Positions 1 through 6,875 of a stretch of 7,552 nucleotides of DNA are shown here, piece after piece. The position numbers were made by a program, and so were the translations under genes. The stretch is from a virus (lineage: Duplodnaviria > Heunggongvirae > Uroviricota > Caudoviricetes), in the IMG/VR virus record IMGVR_UViG_2744054627_000013; one strand, given 5' to 3'. The notes below the pieces were generated by a model. It was given only the letters and a program-made list of their open reading frames with translations, searched no databases and was not told where the DNA came from. Within the stretch, counting starts at the first letter, position 1. Each line of letters opens with the position of its first letter.

Positions 1-330
1 TGGCATGGAATCGAAATCAGTCGATACCCGCAGTATATATCGTGAACTGGGTGCAACGCTGAGTTACAACATGCGTCTGGGGAACGGTATGGAAATTGAA
101 CCCTGCCTGAAGGCGGCTGTGCGCAAAGAATTTGTCGATGATAACCGGGTGAAAGTGAATAGTGACGGTAATTTCGTCAATGATTTGTCGGGCAGACGTG
201 GAATATACCAGGCAGGTATTAAAGCCTCATTCAGCAGTACGTTAAGCGGGCATCTTGGGGTGGGGTATAGCCATGGTGCCGGTGTGGAATCCCGTGGAAC
301 GGGGTAGCTGGTGTGAACTGGTCGTTCTGA
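1..330 (+). CDS. 3' end of an autotransporter / outer-membrane beta-barrel gene (5'-partial, continues off the left edge); frameshifted about 12 codons before the natural stop as sequenced
   Basis: ORF 5-307 is Gly/Ser/Tyr-rich with alternating beta-strand pattern (...GIYQAGIKASFSSTLSGHLGVGYSHGAGVES). In the given frame it ends ...SRGTG, but shifting -1 at the CCC run at 291-293 gives ...ESPWNGVAGVNWSF-stop (TGA 328-330), a typical terminal-aromatic beta-barrel signature. Family assignment is from memory. Confidence 0.5.
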
Positions 331-342
331 CCATCAACGAAA

Positions 343-366
343 AAGCCCACATCTGTGGGCTTTCAT
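343..366. terminator. Hairpin between the autotransporter gene and the att core, possibly a bidirectional intrinsic terminator
   Basis: Inverted repeat AGCCCACA-TCT-TGTGGGCT (343-361) followed by TTTCAT on the + strand; on the minus strand the same stem is followed by TTTTCGTT. A second perfect palindrome GGAGCCGCGGCTCC lies at 374-387. Confidence 0.45.
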
Positions 367-488
367 GTCACCAGGAGCCGCGGCTCCTTTGCGTATCCTT
401 TTATGTCTCTTCACCGTCTGGTCGGTGTCCTGCTGAGACTGCTAACTTCCTGTTTTTATTGGTGTTGTCCTTATACCGTCCAATCATG

Positions 489-520
489 ATTGGTGGAGCT
501 GGCGGGAGTTGAACCCGTGT
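489..520 (-). other. ssrA: Attachment-site core: partial copy of the 3' end of the tmRNA gene ssrA (T-arm, acceptor strand and CCA); no ssrA body in the window
   Basis: Reverse complement of 489-520 reads GGACaCGGGTTCAACTCCCGCCAGCTCCACCA, matching the remembered E. coli ssrA 3' terminus (GGACGCGGGTTCAACTCCCGCCAGCTCCACCA) with one mismatch. Sequence to the right (521-860) is AT-rich and not tmRNA-like. Confidence 0.7.
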
Positions 521-732
521 CCATAGTTATGTAATTCATTGAATTTAAATAGCCAAATATTGTTGATTTTACAAGCGGCTCTTTTGCGGAACTTTTTCTG
601 TCCTGTTACTGTCTTACTATTTATTTTAAAATAGTTTCATTTGGAATTAATGGTTTGTGGTTGCAGTTTCGGAGATAGATAGCATTTTTTGCTAAAAAAT
701 ATTTTTATAAAAAAATGTGTGTAAAAATGATG

Positions 733-755
733 TTATGCACAGATTTATGCACAGA
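733..755 (+). promoter_or_regulatory. Tandem direct repeat TTATGCACAGA x2 (12-bp period), each with a DnaA-box-like TTATNCACA core, in the cargo-operon upstream region
   Basis: 733-743 and 745-755 are identical 11-mers separated by one T. An imperfect palindrome TTGTCAACAATATTATTGACTC (804-825) lies 50 bp downstream, about 125 bp before the ATG at 949. Confidence 0.3.
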
Positions 756-948
756 GGCTTTGTGATAAACCAGATTGTTTTGGATAAGTTTGTTTTTTGT
801 GATTTGTCAACAATATTATTGACTCTTGTTACTAAAGTGAGTGTTTTCTAAGGTGGTCAGAAGTTGTCCCTTCATGTAATCTTATTAGCCATAAAGAACA
901 AAAAATAATTCAACATCATTACCAACTATTTGTAAGATAAGGTTTTTA

Positions 949-1764
949 ATGTTGCAGCCAGCAAAAAAAGCATCAGTTATTAGCGCGCGGCTAACTAAAT
1001 ACCTCAAAGATGGAGTGAGGATTGATGACTTTAGCTTTAGAAGGATGTTACGTGAGATTGAAGCACTTAGAGATCCTGTCTCTGAGGACTATCTTTTAGC
1101 GTTGGTCTATGGTGCACATGGCCAAGTGAATGAGGCGATAGGCTTCTTTGAGCGTTCCTTGCAGGTATGCCATAATGAGGTTGTTGCAAAGAATTTTCTT
1201 GTTTTCTTGTCAGATTACGGTACGTTGAAGAAAAGCTTTGAAACAAGCATTAAGCTTGCTGAAAGCTTCATATCCCCGTTTATTTATCTTCAAGCTTATG
1301 AAAACTCCCTCTTTATGGGGAAGATGGCGTTGGCGGAGAAGTATTTCCAGTCATACTCTAAATTGTTCGGAGATAAGGAGCCTGAAAAAATGGACAACAA
1401 TTTTGATGAAGTTGTTTCCCAGGTCGAATCCTTTAAGCAACGTGCCGATCTTTCTGGTTTAGAATATGAACTTATTTTCAATAATGTAGCCAATGTCATG
1501 GATTCTCAGAAGGTTCATCTTTCGGGAATGCGTTTTTATAATATTTCGGAAGAGAAAGTGAATGCGATTGTATTCATGACAAAGTCTTCTGATGCTGAAC
1601 AAATCGCTGATATGAATATTGAGCTTGCTTTTTCAATGGCTGAGCACGATTGTTTAGTCGGTAAAGATTTTGCTGTTTGGTTTGAATGTAAAGACACACA
1701 TATTGAGCAGAATGCTATCTCCGAATTAGGTCTGATTACCCGGAGGGTTGCACATGCCGGTTAA
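949..1764 (+). CDS. Hypothetical protein, 271 aa, first gene of the att-int cargo cassette; predicted largely helical, no domain recognised
   Basis: Long ORF with ATG at 949 preceded by AAGG about 6 nt upstream; ends with in-frame tandem stops TAA-TAG (1762-1767); sits in an AT-rich segment with its own upstream region and downstream terminator. Confidence 0.6.
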   Translation: MLQPAKKASVISARLTKYLKDGVRIDDFSFRRMLREIEALRDPVSEDYLLALVYGAHGQVNEAIGFFERSLQVCHNEVVAKNFLVFLSDYGTLKKSFETSIKLAESFISPFIYLQAYENSLFMGKMALAEKYFQSYSKLFGDKEPEKMDNNFDEVVSQVESFKQRADLSGLEYELIFNNVANVMDSQKVHLSGMRFYNISEEKVNAIVFMTKSSDAEQIADMNIELAFSMAEHDCLVGKDFAVWFECKDTHIEQNAISELGLITRRVAHAG

Positions 1765-2136
1765 TAGTCAAGATTTTCTCGGTTTTGCAAAGACTGTCAT
1801 CAACGTAATGACGAAATCGGCTATCGAAATGCTATAGCAAGATCCTACTATGGCGCTTACCATCATGTCTTGCCTTGTATGGTAAACGGGCCGAAAGACA
1901 GTCATCAGGGGCTAATCAATTATTTGCAGGGCGATGCTTCAAGAGGAAGTGAAGTATATGAAGCTAGATATCTAAAAGGGATTAGTTTTATCCTGAGTCA
2001 ACTTAAAGCTCAGAGGATTGTTGCAGACTATCGACTTGATCAATCGGTCACTTCTAAACAGTCTGAAGTTGCGATTCTAACAACTGAGAGGCTCTTTGCT
2101 AAGTGTACGGAAATGCTTAAATCGAGAGCCTCCTAA
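1754..2136 (+). CDS. Hypothetical protein, second gene of the cargo cassette, about 127 aa if one -1 frameshift between about 1768 and 1837 is corrected; contains an R-x6-HH motif (RSYYGAYHH)
   Basis: ATG at 1754 with strong SD GGAGGG 6 nt upstream, overlapping the last codons of the 271-aa gene. That frame stops at 1835-1837, but the frame carrying the annotated 88-aa ORF (1870-2136) is open back to 1768, consistent with a single-base deletion. The fusion is an inference. Confidence 0.45.
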
Positions 2137-2142
2137 TTGATA

Positions 2143-2166
2143 AAGCCACTTAAGTGGCTTTTTTTG
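2143..2166. terminator. Intrinsic terminator ending the cargo operon; the stem also contains the integrase stop codon on the opposite strand
   Basis: Perfect palindrome AAGCCACTTAAGTGGCTT (2143-2160) followed by TTTTTTT on the + strand, directly after the cargo stop codon at 2134-2136. Confidence 0.6.
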
Positions 2167-3318
2167 TGATATTGCTGGTCGTATTACCGTCATATTCCTT
2201 TAAATATGAACCATAATGACGAAATAACATTTCCGGCCCTTTATGCCCCATTTGAGCTGCAAGCCAAAACAGGTTTGCTCCCGGCTGATATGGCGGGTGG
2301 CGAATGTATGCCTAGTTTGATATGGATTTCTGTAACGAATACCTGCTTTTCGCAATGTTGGCACCCATGCTTTTTCCTGATTGCATCAGCACTTGCCCAA
2401 GGCTTATTGGTCTTTGGATCTTCAAAGACAGTAGTATCCTTCATGAATGTAAATGGCTTCTGATTTATCAGCGCAACATTGCCTCTTCTGTCAGTTCAAC
2501 TTTCCGAGTACCTGCTTTTGTCTTTGTCCCTTTGATAACACCGACAACACTTGCGCTCTGGACATGGGCAGTTTTTCCAACAAAGTCGATATCACGCCAT
2601 CGAAGGCACATAATTCAGAACTACGCAGGCCTGTATGTATAGCGAACCGGAACAGATTTTCCCATTGTTTGTTTCCGGCTGCTGCTAGTAATGCATCAAC
2701 TTCTGCTGGTGATAGCGGATCAACTACGTAGCTGCTTTCTGCTTCTGACTTATCACTTTGGTAGCGCGAAGCTGTTACTAACGATACGGGGTTAATTTGA
2801 AGTACCCCATCGGTCACGGCTTCATCAAGTGCTGACCGCAGGAAAGATAACTGGTTGCGAATTGTTTTTAAGGTCGTTTTCTGATTTTGAATCCACGCTT
2901 TCAGGGTTGCTGGTGTTAATTCACTTGCAGGGCAAATGTGAAGTGAGGCTAACGCACTACGGCATTTTTTATAGCCACCAATCGTAGAGGGTGAAAGTTT
3001 TCTTGTTTCGCAGATTTCAAGATATTCGTCCAGGTACATCTTTACCGTTTTGCCTGCAGCAGCATTACCAAAAATTTTCAAACGAGCAGAACGGGGAAAA
3101 TATTCTGCATAAATGAATGTTCCCCTTTCGATCTTATTATGGATTTCGCCGAGTGTACGCTCGGCGTATTTAATGTTCTTTGGTGTTACTTCCAGATTGG
3201 AAAGCGGCTCACGACATCTAACTCCTTTGTAGGTGAAAGTTATATTGATCGTTTCTCCCTGGCGGTGTTTCCTGATTGTTACGCCGCGCGGTAGTTTGAG
3301 CAGTTTTGTCTGGCCCAT
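2150..3318 (-). pseudogene. int: Tyrosine integrase (lambda/P22-type with N-terminal arm-binding domain), about 390 aa when intact; interrupted by about 4 single-base frameshifts in the C-terminal half as sequenced
   Basis: ATG at 3318; N-terminal 275 aa in one frame (MGQTKLLKLPRGVTIRKH...HTGLRSSELCA). Integrase-like sequence continues in shifted frames: WRDIDFVGKTAHVQSASVVGVIKGTKTKAGTRKVELTEEAM, then ...FEDPKTNKPWASADAIRKK, then KAWVPTLRKAGIRYRNPYQTRHTFAT, then LFWLAAQMGHKGPEMLFRHYGSYLKEY... to TAA at 2150-2152. Catalytic R, K, H-x-x-R, H and Y are all present after correction. One shift is at a T5 run (2371-2375). Confidence 0.8.
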
Positions 3319-3485
3319 TTTGCAACCTCACTAAGATCAATCCACCTCTCCTTAACGCCTTCAACCTTTAAAACCTGAACACCTTCACGCCAAACACCGC
3401 GCTGTACACGTTTGTTTATTGCTTCAGGAGTTTCGCCAGTTTCTTTGCAATAAGTTGAGATAGGAACACAATCGAGGTTCAGCAT
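3279..3485 (-). CDS. xis: Excisionase (lambda Xis-like), 68 aa from the SD-supported start
   Basis: Directly upstream of int and overlapping its 5' end by about 40 nt, as in lambda. ATG at 3485 has GGAGAA about 5 nt upstream; product MLNLDCVPISTYCKETGETPEAINKRVQRGVWREGVQVLKVEG... resembles Xis-family winged-helix proteins. Longer N-terminal extensions (starts at 3497 or 3524) lack an SD. Confidence 0.6.
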   Translation of the reverse strand: MLNLDCVPISTYCKETGETPEAINKRVQRGVWREGVQVLKVEGVKERWIDLSEVAKWARQNCSNYRAA

Positions 3486-3526
3486 ACGTTTCTCCATTAT
3501 CCCGTCTGCACACGGGAGCAACATTA

Positions 3527-4393
3527 TTAACGAATAGTGTCGTTACTTTGAAGTACAGCAAATGCCATTAATACTTCTAAAGTATATCTTCTATAAAATT
3601 TAACAAAACCAACATAGAAAACATAGACGAAGAAAAAGCTAAGCATTATTGAAAGTAAACTATAAAGATAATCACTATGAGTACATAATCGATAAATAAA
3701 GGTTGGAACTGATACCCAAAATGAAATTATAAAGATTAAACATATGTTTCTGCAAAAACCATATAATGCAACATAGTTTTGAATTTTTGTTTGATGTTGT
3801 TTTGAAAACTCATAAACATAATGATATGCCAATCTGAAGAGATCATCATCAAGTCCGTTTTTATCTTGTAATAATTGGCGATTTGTTATGAACTTTTTCT
3901 CATAACCTTCTTTGATCATTAACCATGTTGTATTAGCTAAATGAAATGGTAGAGATTGAGAATAACATAGTTTTTGTGTTATAAAATCCCATAGTATTAT
4001 TGGACATAATACGCATTTGATTATGCGATTCTTTATTTTTGTTTTTTTATCAGCGCTTCTCTCATCGCATGATGGGCTACAAATGCTTTCTGAGGTATCT
4101 ATCAATTTTTTAAATAGATATTTGGAAGGATATCCTAATTCTTTATTCATGTATTTTTCGATAAAAAATGCTGACGTGATAGAAATAAAATGTCCAGCTA
4201 TATAAGATATAATAACTATTGAAGCGTAGTTCAAAATGCCAAAGATTTGACTTTGACCTCTGAGCAATTCACTTAAGTCAATAACAATATCTAGATCGAA
4301 TGTCAAACCACAGAAATACATTAATAGGATAAAAAAACCACCTGGTATTAAATATCCAAGAAAGTCATAGAATGAGAATGGATTTTGATTCAT
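3527..4393 (-). CDS. Hypothetical integral membrane protein, about 288 aa with about 5 predicted transmembrane helices, in a strongly AT-rich moron
   Basis: Long minus-strand ORF; ATG at 4393 preceded by GGAGA about 6 nt upstream (the TTG at 4417 in the ORF track is a less likely start). Hydrophobic stretches such as FFILLMYFCGLTF, IFGILNYASIVIISYIAGHFISITSAFFI, LIFIISFWVSVPTFIY and LLSIMLSFFFVYVFYVGFV. Composition is much more AT-rich than the flanking genes. Confidence 0.6.
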   Translation of the reverse strand: MNQNPFSFYDFLGYLIPGGFFILLMYFCGLTFDLDIVIDLSELLRGQSQIFGILNYASIVIISYIAGHFISITSAFFIEKYMNKELGYPSKYLFKKLIDTSESICSPSCDERSADKKTKIKNRIIKCVLCPIILWDFITQKLCYSQSLPFHLANTTWLMIKEGYEKKFITNRQLLQDKNGLDDDLFRLAYHYVYEFSKQHQTKIQNYVALYGFCRNICLIFIISFWVSVPTFIYRLCTHSDYLYSLLSIMLSFFFVYVFYVGFVKFYRRYTLEVLMAFAVLQSNDTIR

Positions 4394-4501
4394 TGTTGCT
4401 CTCCAATAATTTTTCAATTTGTAATATAACCTATATCTATATGTTAATAAATTACTTATATGTTCTTTTATGGCAGAGTTTGAATTCGTACGTGCTGATT
4501 T

Positions 4502-5024
4502 TTACGACTCAGTTAACTCTTTAAAGCGTTCCATAAACATCCCATAGGTATGGCCTGGCGACAGTGGAATAACTTTGAACATCTCTGTTGCCGGGATACC
4601 TTCCAGTACGGGCCAGAAAGAGCCATCATCAAGCCCGAGATCGCGGCGTTCGGTTGCCAGCATGATGAGATCGGCATATTTCACGGGCGTACTCATAACC
4701 GGGGTAACCCGTATTTCTCACGGATTACGGCGTCTATTTTTCTTCCATCCGTTTATAGTCAGGAAGAAGGCGTTTCAGTGGAGCCGGGATGTCCTGGCAA
4801 TACGCTTCTGTTGCATCATGCATTAACGCTTCAAAAGCAAATTCCTGCGGTACCAGCTGGCTGCAAAGCACCGCATGTTGGGCGACGCTGTAGAAGTGTG
4901 AAAGATGGCCGGCAAAGCGACAGATATTTGAAAGGGAAACCGCGATATCGTTAATATCGATGTTGTCTTTATTTATCCTGTCATAATAAAAATGTTTCCC
5001 GGAAAAAGTTTTAATAAATGACAT
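4502..5024 (-). pseudogene. yfdR: HD-domain phosphohydrolase, YfdR-like (5'-deoxynucleotidase family); split by two single-base homopolymer deletions as sequenced
   Basis: N-terminal part (ORF ending 4734) carries the HD signature region (...RFAGHLSHFYSVAQHAVLCSQLV...HDATEAY...) and ends ...KRMEEK-stop at a T5 run (4737-4741). The C-terminal part (4696-4502, MSTPVKYADLIMLATERRDLGLDDGSFWP...) is in another frame, restored after a G4 run at 4701-4704. ATG at 5024 has GGAG 6 nt upstream; a GTG at 5036 is an alternative start. Gene name is from memory of the CPS-53 yfdPQR module. Confidence 0.65.
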
Positions 5025-5157
5025 TTTGTTCTCCACTGTTTTATATGCGCTGCACCGCGCTGAATTTTGGTTAAAGAAAACCCTCCTCGCCTTCAGGCAT
5101 TATTGAGTCAATTACGTTTCCATAAATGCCCCCGCAGGGGCATTTGCAGTAATGAAA

Positions 5158-5982
5158 TCAGGCGGTGAAAGTCCCAATAAAGGTTTCTACTTTGCTGTCC
5201 TTGAATTTCTCAACAAGCAGATCACGAAATTCGTTAGCCATATCTTCCTGCACCGCTTCCAGCTGAATAATGCGCAGAACCAGTACAGGACGATCGCCAG
5301 TGATAATGCTGAGGCGTAATTTAAACGGACGTTCTTTCAGACCTTCAAACGGAACGCATTTAAACTCAAATGCCACTGGCATAATGTCTTTGGTCTTCGC
5401 TTCGACAGACTCCATCAGGGAGCGTTTGCCGCTGAAGTCATTATCTTCAAAATCAGCAGTCTGGTTTGCTTCAATCGTGATTTTACGGACCGCCGCAGCC
5501 GCTTTTGTTGCCTGAATGGTGTCACCATTAGCATCAAAGCCCACAAGGTAGTCGGCCCAGTCTTCGATCCATTCTGCCAGTGACTTCTGGGAGTTACGCT
5601 CGCCGTTAACAGACAACAGAGCAGAGAACGGTGCTGTCTTTTTCAGTTTGAGAGTGGCAGTGTTATCTGCGTGACCTGGCTCATCAATAGTACCCAGGTT
5701 AAGCACACTGACGGCACGCATATTATCGGCATCGATAAAGCAGCGGGTGCCTTCATCTGCAAGATCTTTAGAATAACGGGTAAAATCATCGATGCTGGCA
5801 GTGGAAAGTGCACCACGGAAACGGAAGCGATTTAAATTAAATTTTTCCAGATCATGAATGCGGAAATTCTCAGGCAATGCCACAGCATCGGCACCAATCT
5901 TACTGATAATTTCATTAACACCCTGAGCAGAAATAAGGGCATGGATTTGATTAATTGCGGTTGCGTCTAAGTTCTGAGACAT
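5158..5982 (-). CDS. yfdQ: YfdQ-like phage early protein (DUF2303-type), 274 aa
   Basis: Intact ORF with ATG at 5982 and GAGGA about 6 nt upstream; size and position directly upstream of the yfdR-like gene match the CPS-53 yfdQ-yfdR arrangement as remembered. Confidence 0.7.
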   Translation of the reverse strand: MSQNLDATAINQIHALISAQGVNEIISKIGADAVALPENFRIHDLEKFNLNRFRFRGALSTASIDDFTRYSKDLADEGTRCFIDADNMRAVSVLNLGTIDEPGHADNTATLKLKKTAPFSALLSVNGERNSQKSLAEWIEDWADYLVGFDANGDTIQATKAAAAVRKITIEANQTADFEDNDFSGKRSLMESVEAKTKDIMPVAFEFKCVPFEGLKERPFKLRLSIITGDRPVLVLRIIQLEAVQEDMANEFRDLLVEKFKDSKVETFIGTFTA

Positions 5983-6047
5983 AATAAGTCCTCACTATAT
6001 AAAGATATTCAGTGATGAGATAAATAATCAGTTTATTACGAACGATA

Positions 6048-6410
6048 TTAACGACCTGCTGCGCGGAGTTTTCCGTCAGGTTCACCGGCAAGAGTCAGTA
6101 ATTGTCCCTGGTCTTCCTGCAGAATAGTCAGGCGACCACCGCGATTGACATACATCGGCGTTTCGGTGGTGTCTTCTTCGGAAATTTTCCCGCGGTTAGT
6201 TGGGCGAACATATGAGAGTTTGTGTTTGATTTTCACACGGTTCTCATCAAACGGTTCGATTTCCAGGTTGAGCGAGACCTTACCTTTGGTTTTCGTGTTC
6301 ATCACACCGGAAGCGACTTCACTGAGAACTGCGCCGATTTTGGTTTCAAATACGCCGCCGTCCAGCTCCCCGATAAATGCCTGCACATCAGTACTGCGTT
6401 CGCTAGCCAT
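6048..6410 (-). CDS. Phage early protein, 120 aa, possibly YfdP-like by size and synteny; first gene of the minus-strand early module in this window
   Basis: ATG at 6410 with GAGGAG about 7 nt upstream (MASERSTDVQAFIGELDGGVFETKIG...). The ORF track's longer 174-aa version starts in G+C-rich sequence without an RBS and has an Arg/Pro/His-rich, non-protein-like N-terminus. Confidence 0.65.
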   Translation of the reverse strand: MASERSTDVQAFIGELDGGVFETKIGAVLSEVASGVMNTKTKGKVSLNLEIEPFDENRVKIKHKLSYVRPTNRGKISEEDTTETPMYVNRGGRLTILQEDQGQLLTLAGEPDGKLRAAGR

Positions 6411-6875
6411 TTTGCTGCTCCTCATCATATCGACCCTGCAAGGTCGGTTAGTTTCTCCACAAAACAGAGAAGAACACCTGCGGTGACTGCCGCCCGGATG
6501 GATTGGGTTATGAGCCGTCGTCCGGTGATGCTCTTCTCTGTTTTGTAAAAGGACGGTACCAGCCGGAAGCAAGGGTACAAGCTGGTACCGCCAGGACTAC
6601 ACACAGCATAAAGTTGTGGTGCCGGGTGCCTCCCGGTGCCTGGCGAAGGTTGCACACCAGGCGGGTGGGTATCCACAGAAGGTCGACTGTCAGCCTCAAC
6701 CTTAACCCGCGTGCGCTGAGCCGCATTCACCACAACGCTAAGGATTCTCTCTGGTTGAAAATACTTAGCTGTTATGTGCCTGCTTTTAGCCACATCAGGC
6801 GAGGTGGACCTGGTTATTCCCCAACAACAAGGATTCGGTTAATCTGGTTATCCCCAACAACGCAAAAGGAAAGAA
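6411..6875. other. G+C-rich, hairpin-dense non-coding block between divergent genes; candidate structured RNA or complex regulatory region
   Basis: No ORF with a credible start or protein-like composition. 13-bp inverted repeat AAAACAGAGAAGA (6461-6473) / TCTTCTCTGTTTT (6532-6544) encloses 58 nt; 12-bp stem GACGGTACCAGC (6552-6563) / GCTGGTACCGCC (6581-6592) with one mismatch; further CCGGG/CCCGG hairpin at 6622-6636. Confidence 0.35.
6810..6861 (+). promoter_or_regulatory. Two direct repeats CTGGTTAT(T)CCCCAACAAC spaced 34 bp apart, immediately upstream of the + strand small gene; candidate operator or iteron sites
   Basis: Copies at 6810-6828 and 6844-6861, with a related CTGGTT at 6751-6756; the second copy ends 15 bp before the ATG at 6876. 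Confidence 0.35.

Noticed and set aside
255-512. ORF of 85 aa on the + strand
   Set aside because: It is the shifted reading frame of the autotransporter C-terminus, runs through the terminator hairpins and the ssrA att core, and has no RBS.
489-860. Possible complete tmRNA (ssrA) gene on the minus strand
   Set aside because: Only the terminal roughly 32 nt match ssrA; the sequence where the tmRNA body should lie (521-860) is AT-rich and unrelated.
1238-1499. Short ORFs 1238-1462 (+) and 1296-1499 (-) inside the 271-aa cargo gene
   Set aside because: Alternative-frame or antisense ORFs within a longer, better-supported gene.
2206-2731. Three overlapping + strand ORFs (85, 106 and 92 aa) antisense to the integrase
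   Set aside because: They lie within the integrase coding region on the opposite strand, lack RBSs and are low-complexity; they are artefacts of an open antisense frame.
3279-3524. Longer 81-aa version of xis, and the TTG start at 4417 for the membrane protein
   Set aside because: Internal ATG codons (3485 and 4393) have proper Shine-Dalgarno sequences; the upstream starts do not.
4017-5515. + strand ORFs antisense to the membrane, yfdR-like and yfdQ-like genes (4017-4205, 4550-4954, 4575-4826, 5270-5515)
   Set aside because: Each is embedded antisense in a better-supported minus-strand gene, with no RBS and non-protein-like composition.
6048-6572. Longer 174-aa version of the 120-aa early gene
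   Set aside because: The N-terminal extension is Arg/His/Pro-rich with no RBS, whereas the internal ATG at 6410 has a GAGGAG Shine-Dalgarno.
6461-6600. Retron msr/msd or group II intron domain suggested by the long inverted repeats
   Set aside because: No reverse transcriptase or intron-encoded ORF anywhere in the window, and no match to domain V or retron motifs that I can recognise by eye.
6810-6861. Possible CRISPR array suggested by the direct repeats
   Set aside because: Only two imperfect copies with a single short spacer, no further repeats and no cas genes; more consistent with operator or iteron sites.
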